Assembly: GCA_964452875.1 (NCBI GenBank)
Contig: CAYVNG010000001.1
Coordinates: forward strand, 2,786 to 66,785
Direction of reading: 5' to 3'
Length of the DNA stretch: 64,000 nucleotides
Origin: an uncultured Candidatus Saccharibacteria bacterium
Lineage (GTDB): Bacteria; Patescibacteriota; Minisyncoccia; Minisyncoccales; CAYVNG01
Part shown: piece after piece, positions 56,853-64,000 of the stretch
How the letters are laid out: each line of letters starts with the position of its first letter
How positions within the stretch are numbered: the first letter of the stretch is position 1
Translations under genes and position numbers: made by a program
The notes under the pieces: generated by a model
What the model saw: the letters and a program-made list of their open reading frames with translations, nothing else
What the model was told of the DNA's origin: nothing
Database searches by the model: none

Positions 56853-57692
56853 TCAGATATTGAAGAATTCCCTTGCGTTTTCAAAAGTCCGCTCTTCCAC
56901 TTCCTTTATACTTATTCCCTTAATCTCAGATATTCTCTCAATGACGTATTTTACAAATACGGGCTCGTTTCTTTCTTTGAGTCCGGGAGGGGCAAGGTAC
57001 GGACAGTCGGTTTCAACCATCATTTTATCAAGAGGGATATTGCTGATAATCTTGGCGAAATCGATTCCGGAGATGCTCTTGAAAATGATCCCGTTAAGGC
57101 CGATATGATATCCGAAGCCGAGGTATTTTTTAAGCTGCTCTTCTGTTCCCACGAAGCTGTGGACTATGGCTCTTTCCGGCCTGATTTTTTCGTTCTCTTC
57201 CAGAAAAGAGATCAGATTCTGATGGGCCATCCTGCAGTGCAGGATGAAAGGAAGCGCCAGTTCTTTTGCGAGCAAAAACTGGCCTGAAAGCGCTTCTTCC
57301 TGGCTTTTTTTGAATATTTCCAGCTTTTTCTTGGTTTTCGGCTTCCAATAATAGTCAAAGCCCGCTTCTCCTATCGCCACCACCTTTTTCGATTCGGCCA
57401 GGTCCTTGTATCTGTCCGGATCGAATTTTTCCTCCCTGGACACGAACTGCGTTTCCTGAAGGTCTTCTTTTATCTTCACCAGCCCGGCCTGCAAATGGAG
57501 GGGATGGAGCCCTATTGAGGCAAAGAATCCTTTTCCGTACTTTTCCGCTATTTCCATCGCCCTTTTGGAGGTGTCGTACTGGGAACCTACATTCACCACC
57601 CAGATTTTTTCTTTAACGCATCTTTCAACGACCTCGTTAAGGTCGCTTTTGTAGGCGCTGAAATTGAGATGGGCGTGGGTGTCTATTATCAT
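56853..57692 (-). CDS. tatD: TatD family metal-dependent DNase
   Basis: MIIDTHAHLNF start; TIM-barrel His/Glu/Asp pattern. Confidence 0.9.
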   Translation of the reverse strand: MIIDTHAHLNFSAYKSDLNEVVERCVKEKIWVVNVGSQYDTSKRAMEIAEKYGKGFFASIGLHPLHLQAGLVKIKEDLQETQFVSREEKFDPDRYKDLAESKKVVAIGEAGFDYYWKPKTKKKLEIFKKSQEEALSGQFLLAKELALPFILHCRMAHQNLISFLEENEKIRPERAIVHSFVGTEEQLKKYLGFGYHIGLNGIIFKSISGIDFAKIISNIPLDKMMVETDCPYLAPPGLKERNEPVFVKYVIERISEIKGISIKEVEERTFENAREFFNI

Positions 57693-57733
57693 TGATGATT
57701 TAATCTTATCCTTTTTCTTTTTCTTTTCAAAGG

Positions 57734-57761
57734 TTGACGGAACGGATGATTGTGGTATAAT
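57734..57761 (+). promoter_or_regulatory. near-consensus sigma70 promoter (TTGACG-16-TGgTATAAT)
   Basis: ttgacg at 57734-57739 and tataat at 57756-57761 with a TGn extension, followed by a strong SD (aaaggggaggtga) 5 nt before the ATG at 57792. Confidence 0.55.
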
Positions 57762-57791
57762 ATTGGCAGTACGAAAGGGGAGGTGACAGAT

Positions 57792-57968
57792 ATGCTTTAC
57801 TTCTGCAGGGTGTGCGGGCTTCTATTCAAGTTTTACTCGGGAAAGAAGATTGCAGAGTATCTTCTGGACGGTGTCCCTCAGAGCGTGTCGGTGGAGACCG
57901 ACCGCAGAGGGAATCCTGTGGAATGCCCGCACTGCAAAACGAAAATGCCTGAAGTGTGCGAGGTCTGA
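57792..57968 (+). CDS. 58-aa zinc-ribbon protein
   Basis: CxxC...CxxC (CRVCG ... CPHCK); preceded by a consensus promoter and a strong SD. Confidence 0.4.
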   Translation: MLYFCRVCGLLFKFYSGKKIAEYLLDGVPQSVSVETDRRGNPVECPHCKTKMPEVCEV

Positions 57969-58038
57969 TCTCCTTGGCCGGCATTGCTTAAAACTCTGCC
58001 GGCCTTTTCTTTTTCTCGTTCAAAGCTACAATAGAGCA

Positions 58039-58620
58039 ATGAAAGAGATGAGGATCAAAAGAGATAATGTTGATGCTATCTTGAAAGAAGCGCAGAAAGC
58101 GATCAAAGAAGGGAGAGTCATCATTTGCCCTACAGACACCGTTTACGGACTTTGCGCTGACGCTTTGGATCAGAAAGCGGTCAGCAGGGTTTTTAAAATC
58201 AAAAAAAGGGACAGGAAAAAGCCCCTTTCCGTTTTTGTCAAAAGCGTCAGGGAAGCTTCCAAGATTTCTTTCTTGAGAAAAGAGGATGCGACAAAGATGA
58301 AGGCAGGAAAAATAACCGGAATACTGATGGCAAAAAGGAAGTTTCCCAAAGGCGTCCTTGCAGAAGACGGCACTATAGGAATTCGCATCCCGAATCATGA
58401 TTTTGTAAAAAAGCTGCTGGAGAAAACAAAGACTCCTTTGACCGGCACTTCAGCCAATATTTCCGGCAAGCCTGCTTCAACTGAGATAAAAGAGATATTG
58501 GCCCAGTTCAAGAAAGAAAGATTCAAACCTGACTTGGTGATCAACGCAGGAAACCTCAAAAAAAGGAATCCCTCAGCCGTGATCGATTTCACGAGAAAAG
58601 GGAGAGTGGTCAGAAAATAG
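58039..58620 (+). CDS. tsaC: L-threonylcarbamoyladenylate synthase (TsaC/YrdC)
   Basis: VIICPTDTVYGLCADALDQKAVSRVFKIKKRDRKKPLSV, the YrdC signature. Confidence 0.8.
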   Translation: MKEMRIKRDNVDAILKEAQKAIKEGRVIICPTDTVYGLCADALDQKAVSRVFKIKKRDRKKPLSVFVKSVREASKISFLRKEDATKMKAGKITGILMAKRKFPKGVLAEDGTIGIRIPNHDFVKKLLEKTKTPLTGTSANISGKPASTEIKEILAQFKKERFKPDLVINAGNLKKRNPSAVIDFTRKGRVVRK

Positions 58621-58642
58621 GATCAAAATTACTTCAAATAAG

Positions 58643-59305
58643 TCAGCGACCGCCATCTTCCCATTCCTTGAGGAACTTTTTCAAATACTCTTTCAGAAAG
58701 CGATGGCGGCCTTCGGCGATTTTCTTTGCCGTTTTTGTGTTCATCCTGTCTTTCAGCAAAAGGAGTTTCTCATGAAAGTGGTTTATGCTCGTGCTTTCGC
58801 TGAAAAAGTATTCTTTCTTTGAATCATGCATTTTCACTTTTTTCCCCGGAATATGAATAGGCCGGCCGGCATACCCGCCGTAAGCGAAAGTGCGGGCTAT
58901 TCCTATGGCGCCTATGGCGTCGAGCCTGTCGGAGTCCTGGACCACTTTTCCTTCGATGGTCTTCATTTCCGTTTTCACCCCAGCTCCCTTGAAGGACATA
59001 TTCGATATTATTCCGCAGACGTTATCCGTAATTCCTTCTGGCAAGGAATATTTCTCAAGGATTTTCCTGGCTGCCTTGGGTCCGGCCGTGTCGTCCCCGT
59101 TATTGAATTTCCAGTCCGCTATGTCGTGAAGGAGGGCGGCGAGCTCTATGACGAACATGTCTGCTTTTTCGATCCTGCCGATGCGTTTTGCCGTATTCCA
59201 TACCCGCAAAACGTGCCACCAGTCGTGGCCGGTGTTCTCTTTCTCGAATTTCTGCTTCACTTCGTCTGAGACTTTTTGGACGATTTTCTGCTGTTTAGGA
59301 TTCAT
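58643..59305 (-). CDS. HD-domain phosphohydrolase
   Basis: HD motif (WHVLRVW...LLHDIADWKF) and downstream Asp. Confidence 0.75.
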   Translation of the reverse strand: MNPKQQKIVQKVSDEVKQKFEKENTGHDWWHVLRVWNTAKRIGRIEKADMFVIELAALLHDIADWKFNNGDDTAGPKAARKILEKYSLPEGITDNVCGIISNMSFKGAGVKTEMKTIEGKVVQDSDRLDAIGAIGIARTFAYGGYAGRPIHIPGKKVKMHDSKKEYFFSESTSINHFHEKLLLLKDRMNTKTAKKIAEGRHRFLKEYLKKFLKEWEDGGR

Positions 59306-59376
59306 GAAGAAAAATCAAAGGTTTAATATCTTTTGCATTTTAAGCATAACTTATTGCCGTTCTGGCAGCAAACATG

Positions 59377-59415
59377 TTGCACAAAAAAGAGCCCTGCGCA
59401 GATATATCCCGCGAA
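59377..59415 (-). terminator. rho-independent terminator of the 59423-59914 gene
   Basis: Minus-strand agccct-tcgcgggatatatctgcgc-agggct followed by cttttttg. Confidence 0.55.
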
Positions 59416-59422
59416 GGGCTTG

Positions 59423-59914
59423 TCAGCTCGCAATGAATTTGTAGAGGAGCCAGGGCATGCGTTTGAGTATCCTCTCCCTCCTGTCCCATGCTTTGCGGGA
59501 TCTGGTCCGCTTCTGCAAAGAATCTTGGCAGAACCAGGAGTCTTCCGAGTACTGCCCGATCTCTTCGCAAGGCAGGACCTTTACAAGCGCCCCAGCTTCG
59601 CGGACCGCCTCTCGGACGTCCCGCAGGGCGCGCCATAAATGCGGTTCGGCTGCCACCACCCACAGCTTTTCGATTCTTTCCTGATCAGCCCAATTGACCG
59701 CTTCCCTGGCGAATCGGAAAGTAGACGGCGGTTCTCCAAATCGCTCTCGAATGCGCTCTGTCGGCACGCTGTCTTCGATGCGAACGTCAAGCTGGGTGTA
59801 AATATGGGAATTAAGCTCCCTGGCCTTATTCGACGCGATTTCAGAGATGATCCTGTTGGAAAGGATATTATCTGGCGCGCCGAATGCGAATGCTATGATG
59901 CCTGTTTTTTTCAA
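59423..59914 (-). CDS. hypothetical protein in a compositionally atypical (GC-rich) segment
   Basis: 163 aa; GIIAFAFGAP...LWVVAAEPHLWRA (faint DUF218-like HxxRA). The codon composition is far more GC-rich than the neighbouring genes. Confidence 0.4.
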   Translation of the reverse strand: MKKTGIIAFAFGAPDNILSNRIISEIASNKARELNSHIYTQLDVRIEDSVPTERIRERFGEPPSTFRFAREAVNWADQERIEKLWVVAAEPHLWRALRDVREAVREAGALVKVLPCEEIGQYSEDSWFCQDSLQKRTRSRKAWDRRERILKRMPWLLYKFIAS

Positions 59915-60031
59915 TGTCCGCCTCCTGTTCCGACCTTGGATTATTGCATGAAATTCGGTATTTGTAAATATTCTAGTATTGAATTAGTCGGGGCGATTAA
60001 TAAGTTTTTTGAAGCTTTACACAGACACTTT

Positions 60032-60066
60032 AAAAAAGCCCCGAACAGGAGAATCCTGCAAGGGGC
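60032..60066 (-). terminator. rho-independent terminator of the 60079-60330 gene
   Basis: Minus-strand gcccc-ttgcaggattctcctgttc-ggggc followed by tttttt. Confidence 0.55.
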
Positions 60067-60078
60067 TGAAGCACGCGG

Positions 60079-60330
60079 TCACCAGTCTTTTTCGGTGACT
60101 ATGATCCATATCCACCAGATGGTGGCTGCCAAGCAGATGGCGCCGAGGACATCATGGCCGAAGGTGAAACACGAAATCGTAGCGTAAACGAGCGCTATGA
60201 TACCTGTCACCCTCGCCCACTTCATATACCTTTGACCTCTTTTCCATTCCTCCCTCATCATCCTTGTCCTTCGAAGCAATCTTTCGCACCGAAACTTCAA
60301 CTCTGTCGACTCTTCATCTTTTTGCTTCAT
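60079..60330 (-). CDS. small two-TM membrane protein (83 aa)
   Basis: Charged N-terminus followed by two hydrophobic helices (VTGIIALVYATISCF, AICLAATIWWIWIIV). Confidence 0.35.
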   Translation of the reverse strand: MKQKDEESTELKFRCERLLRRTRMMREEWKRGQRYMKWARVTGIIALVYATISCFTFGHDVLGAICLAATIWWIWIIVTEKDW

Positions 60331-60420
60331 GTTCCTCCTTCATATCCAGAATTGTTCGGGATCTTTAAAATTATAATATATTTATTGAGATTGTCAAGGC
60401 AATGAGCAATCAACAAATAA

Positions 60421-60447
60421 AAAAGGAATTCTTGGAAATTCCTTTAA
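60421..60447 (-). terminator. terminator downstream of tRNA-Leu
   Basis: Minus-strand aaggaatt-tccaag-aattcctt followed by ttttatttg. Confidence 0.55.
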
Positions 60448-60461
60448 TATGTCATTCGAAA

Positions 60462-60545
60462 GTGCCGCGGGAGGGACTCGAACCCTCACAGGATTGCTCC
60501 TATACGATTTTGAGTCGTACGCGTAAACCAGTTCCGCCACCGCGG
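60462..60545 (-). tRNA. tRNA-Leu (anticodon CAA), class II
   Basis: Minus-strand GCCGCGG-TG-GCG-GAACTGGTTTA-CGC-G-TACGA-CTCAAAA-TCGTA-TAGGAGCAATCCTG-TGAGGGTTCGAGTCCCTC-CCGCGGC-A. 7-bp acceptor stem, 3-bp D stem, anticodon loop CU-CAA-AA, long variable arm, canonical T arm. CCA not encoded. Confidence 0.85.
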
Positions 60546-60561
60546 CATGCTTCTACAAGCA

Positions 60562-60591
60562 GATTTTTACCGTTTTTCTTCGCGTTGTCAA
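60562..60591 (-). promoter_or_regulatory. candidate tRNA-Leu promoter (TTGACA-16-TAAAAAT)
   Basis: Minus-strand ttgaca at 60591-60586 and taaaaat at 60568-60562; the tRNA 5' end lies 16 nt downstream. Confidence 0.45.
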
Positions 60592-60619
60592 TTAAAAGAT
60601 ATTGTGTTAATTTATTTTA

Positions 60620-61420
60620 ATGACGCAAGTGCTGACCATCGTTAATGCCAAGGGAGGGACAGGAAAGACGACCACGGCCGTTAATCTGGCCGGTTTTCTT
60701 GCTGAAAAAGGAAAAAAAGTCCTTCTTGTCGACATGGATTCCCAGGCCAACGCCACTTTCTGTCTGGGAATCAACCCGAAAGTCCTTCCTCTTTCCATAT
60801 ATAATGTCATGGTAGGCCAGGTCACTCCCCATGCAATCCTCCAGAAGAAAGCCACTATTCCTTTCTACGATCTTTTTCCCGCTTCCCCGGATCTGGCCGC
60901 AATAACCGTGGAACTAGTCAATTCCAAGGATAGGGAATTCAGGCTGCGCCAAGTGCTGGAGGATATAAAAAAATCGTACGATTACATAATAATAGATTCG
61001 CCTCCCAGCTTAGGCCTTTTGACCATAAACGCCCTTTGCGCCGCCGACAAGCTTATAATTCCGGTCCAGTGCGAATACCTGTCCCTGGAAGGTCTGGAGC
61101 AGCTGCTCAATACGATAGAACTGGTGAAAAATAATTTAGAGAGGAGCCTTGAAATTGCCGGCGTTTTGCTGACCATGTATAATAGAAGAAGCTCTTTGAG
61201 CAGGGAAGTGGCAAAAGAGGTGAGGAACAGATTCGAAGGAAAGATTTTCGACGCCGTCATCCCCAGGAGTTCGGCTCTTGCTGAAGCGCCGAAATTCGGG
61301 AAGACCATTCTGGAGTACGCCCCGAACTCAAAAGCGTATTTTGCCTACAAAGAGCTGGCAGAAGAGGTCATCAATCTCGGAGAAGGCGGGAGCCTGCCTC
61401 CAGAGAAAAAGGAAGAATAA
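60620..61420 (+). CDS. parA: chromosome partitioning ATPase ParA/Soj
   Basis: Deviant Walker A NAKGGTGKTTTAVNLA. Confidence 0.9.
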   Translation: MTQVLTIVNAKGGTGKTTTAVNLAGFLAEKGKKVLLVDMDSQANATFCLGINPKVLPLSIYNVMVGQVTPHAILQKKATIPFYDLFPASPDLAAITVELVNSKDREFRLRQVLEDIKKSYDYIIIDSPPSLGLLTINALCAADKLIIPVQCEYLSLEGLEQLLNTIELVKNNLERSLEIAGVLLTMYNRRSSLSREVAKEVRNRFEGKIFDAVIPRSSALAEAPKFGKTILEYAPNSKAYFAYKELAEEVINLGEGGSLPPEKKEE

Positions 61421-61435
61421 ATATTTTTAAAAAAC

Positions 61436-62308
61436 ATGAGACAACCGTTCGGAAAGGGATTGGAATCCCTTATTCCCAAAAAGAACCAAAAACCGGCAGG
61501 AGAAAGTGAAAAAAAGGATTCCGTTTTTTTGATTGAAGTTGAAAGGATAACCGCCAATCCTTACCAGCCCAGAAAAGAGTTTGACCAGGAAGGGCTGCGC
61601 ACTCTTTCCGAATCGATAAAAGATTACGGAGTCCTCCAGCCCTTGGTGGTGAGCAGGGCGGAAAGGGAAGGGAGGATAGAATATCAGCTGATCGCCGGGG
61701 AAAGAAGGCTTTTGGCTTCCAGGATGGCGGGTCTTACCGAAGTGCCGGTGGTGATCAAAGAATCTACCGACAAGGAAAAATTGGAAGTTTCCCTGATCGA
61801 AAACGCCCAGAGGCTGGATTTGAATCCAATAGAAAAGGCAGAGGCTTTCCAGAGGCTCCACGACGAATTCGGCCTGGTCCAAAAAGAGATCGCCAGGATA
61901 TGCGGTATGAGCAGGGAGGCGGTGGCCAACACAATGAGGCTCCTGGACCTGGCGATAGAGGCGAGGGAAGCGGTCAGGGTAAAGAAGATAAGCGAAGGCC
62001 ATGCCAGAGCTTTGCTGGGGGTGAAGTCGCCTGAAAAGCAGAAAAGCGTTTTCGAGAAAACGGTGAGGGACGGACTGAGCGTAAGAGAAACAGAAGAACT
62101 GGCCAAAAAGATCGAGGTATGGCAGCCCTTGCCGAGAAAGATTGACTTCCCGTCGTTCAGGGAATTCAAAGAAGCAGAAGAAAAGGTTAAAAAGATGTTC
62201 TCCTTGAAAGGACTGAAGATAGGCGTTGAGGGAGGAAAGCCCAAACTGACGATGCTTTTCAATTCCAAAGAAGACCTTAAGAAGCTTTTCCAAACCTTCG
62301 AGCGCTAG
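61436..62308 (+). CDS. parB: chromosome partitioning protein ParB/Spo0J
   Basis: ParB box QLIAGERRLLASRMAGL; HTH; GERR motif. Confidence 0.9.
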   Translation: MRQPFGKGLESLIPKKNQKPAGESEKKDSVFLIEVERITANPYQPRKEFDQEGLRTLSESIKDYGVLQPLVVSRAEREGRIEYQLIAGERRLLASRMAGLTEVPVVIKESTDKEKLEVSLIENAQRLDLNPIEKAEAFQRLHDEFGLVQKEIARICGMSREAVANTMRLLDLAIEAREAVRVKKISEGHARALLGVKSPEKQKSVFEKTVRDGLSVRETEELAKKIEVWQPLPRKIDFPSFREFKEAEEKVKKMFSLKGLKIGVEGGKPKLTMLFNSKEDLKKLFQTFER

Positions 62309-64000
62309 ATTTTCTTGACTGAAGCCACTCCCTTCACTTCTTTCAGCATTCCGAAAAGATTATCCATTTCCTCGAACCCCGATGTTTCTATCTTGGCCGT
62401 TATCACGAAGGGATTCGATTTTTCTTTCGACTTGCTGCTTATAGCCAGGATGTTTATGCTCATTGAGCTGATCACGGAAGTGATGTCGCTCAGCAGTTCG
62501 GTCCTGTTCTCAGCCGTTATCTTTATCTTCACCGGATAAAGCTTTTTTTCTTCCCCCCAGCCGGCCTCGATCACCCTCTGGGGCCACTTTTTGTTCAGCC
62601 TCAAGAAATTTTTGCAGTCTTCGGCATGCACCGCCGCCCCCCCTTGGCTGGTGACATAGGCTTTGATTTCGTCTCCTGGCTTGGGAGAGCAGCATTTAGC
62701 CATCCTTATTTTGATTCCGGCCTGGCCGGCCAGGAAAACCTTTTTTTCTTTCTGGTCTTTTTTGAGGATCCTTTCGAAGAATGACTTTTTGGGTTTAAAG
62801 AGCTCTTTTTCCCTGACCAGGTTTCTGGCTATCTCCCTGACGGTTATTTCCCCCTCTCCGACAGCCACCAAAAGGGTGTCTAAATCCTTGTATGAGGAAA
62901 AGGCTTTTAAGAGATCTTCTTTTTTGTTCTTTGGGATCTGATGCCAGGATATTTTCTGGAATTGCTTTAGTTCCTGGTCTATCATATCTATCGCCTTGCC
63001 CAGGTTTTCCGGCAGAGATTCTTTTTTGAGCCAGAATTTGATGTGACTTTTGGCCAGGCTTGTCTTTACGAAATCAACCCAGTCCCTGGCCGGGGTCCTT
63101 GAAGGATCGGTGATGATTTCCACCACGTCGCCGTTCTTCAGCGGATAGGATAAAGAGCACATTTTCCCGTTCACTTTTGCTCCGGTGCAGTGGTTTCCTA
63201 TTTCCGTGTGCACGCCGTAAGCGAAATCTATCGGAGTCGCCTGTTCGGGAAGGTCCACGGCGTCTCCTTTCGGGGTGAATACGAATATCCTGTTTTTAAA
63301 GAAGTCTATTTTCAGCCCTTCCCAGAAGTCTTTGGATTTTGTGGTCTCTTTCTGCCAGTCGCGCAGCTGGCTGACCCATTGGAATTTTTTGACGTCGGTC
63401 TTAAGATTGACCCCTTCTTTTTTCGCCCAATGGGCGCAGATTCCGTATTCCGCCTCTTCGTGCATTTCAGGCGTCCTTATCTGAATTTCGGTTATTATTC
63501 CGTCCACGAAAAAGACGGTGGTGTGCAAGGATCTGTATCCGGTCGGGCGGGGGAGAGCTATATAGTCTTTAATGCGGCCGGGCAAGGGTTTCCACTGTTT
63601 GTGGATTATCCCCAGTATTTTGTAGCAGCTCGCAACATCCTTGGCTATGACCCTGAGGGCCACCAGATCATATATCTTGTCCAGTTCCATGTCATATCTC
63701 AGGAGCTTCTGGTACAGGCTCCAGTAGTGTTTGGCCCTCACATGTATGTCCAGCGGGATTATCCTTTCTTTTTTCAGGGCCTTCAGCAGGATGGGTTTGG
63801 TTTTTTCCAGATATTCCGTTCTTTTCCCGTATTTTTTGCCGACGCTCTTTTTGAGCCAGTTATATTCTTTGGGGTAGAGGAAAGAGAAGGCCAGGTCCTC
63901 GAGCCTTCCTTTCATTTCTCCGATGCCTAGCCTGTTGGCCAGGGGGGCGAAAAACTCCATTGTCTCTAAGGCGATCCTTTTCTGTTTTTCTTCCGGAAGG
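62305..64000 (-). CDS. RelA/SpoT-family (p)ppGpp synthetase/hydrolase, partial (N-terminus beyond the window end)
   Basis: Synthetase domain (RIKDYIALPRPTGYRSLHTTV...IQIRTPEMHEEAEYGICAHW), TGS domain and C-terminal ACT domain. The reading frame is open to the window edge. Confidence 0.85.
   Translation of the reverse strand, partial: LPEEKQKRIALETMEFFAPLANRLGIGEMKGRLEDLAFSFLYPKEYNWLKKSVGKKYGKRTEYLEKTKPILLKALKKERIIPLDIHVRAKHYWSLYQKLLRYDMELDKIYDLVALRVIAKDVASCYKILGIIHKQWKPLPGRIKDYIALPRPTGYRSLHTTVFFVDGIITEIQIRTPEMHEEAEYGICAHWAKKEGVNLKTDVKKFQWVSQLRDWQKETTKSKDFWEGLKIDFFKNRIFVFTPKGDAVDLPEQATPIDFAYGVHTEIGNHCTGAKVNGKMCSLSYPLKNGDVVEIITDPSRTPARDWVDFVKTSLAKSHIKFWLKKESLPENLGKAIDMIDQELKQFQKISWHQIPKNKKEDLLKAFSSYKDLDTLLVAVGEGEITVREIARNLVREKELFKPKKSFFERILKKDQKEKKVFLAGQAGIKIRMAKCCSPKPGDEIKAYVTSQGGAAVHAEDCKNFLRLNKKWPQRVIEAGWGEEKKLYPVKIKITAENRTELLSDITSVISSMSINILAISSKSKEKSNPFVITAKIETSGFEEMDNLFGMLKEVKGVASVKKI

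Noticed and set aside
60590-62320. Looked for a parS site (tGTTtCACGTGAAACa-like 16-mer) near parAB
   Set aside because: No match found by eye in the parA upstream region or the parB flanks. It may lie elsewhere or be diverged.
1-64000. CRISPR arrays, IS elements, integrases, toxin-antitoxin pairs
   Set aside because: No direct-repeat/spacer periodicity, transposase or recombinase motifs were seen anywhere in the window.

Overview
This is a compact, AT-rich, gene-dense segment with many overlapping or translationally coupled genes and few Shine-Dalgarno sites, which looks like a reduced Patescibacteria/CPR-type genome. It is mostly housekeeping. It has six aminoacyl-tRNA synthetases (tyrS, argS, ileS, glyQS, metG, leuS) and many DNA-repair and recombination genes (ruvC, ruvB, ruvA, fpg, uvrB, recO, holA, a 5'-3' exonuclease, PolX, EndoQ, MGMT, tatD). 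It also has infC-rpmI-rplT, rpsT, smpB with an overlapping tmRNA, a tRNA-Leu(CAA), a two-component system, parAB, a partial relA/spoT, iorAB and glmS.

The main points of interest are these:
- A divergent Elp3 / Trm9-like methyltransferase pair, which is the eukaryote-type (m)cm5U34 wobble pathway.
- An IleRS carrying a roughly 200-aa PGAM-type histidine-phosphatase domain inserted between the Zn knuckle and the WFDSG motif.
- An EndoQ homolog in a small coupled operon.
- A roughly 250-nt GC-rich structured non-coding region at 27.66-27.91 kb that I could not assign to any RNA family.
- A tmRNA whose 5' end overlaps the smpB stop codon and which ends 11 nt upstream of infC.
- A 34-bp imperfect inverted repeat around the gspE/ruvB junction that copies the gspE 3' terminus.
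- A GC-rich two-gene islet beside the tRNA-Leu.
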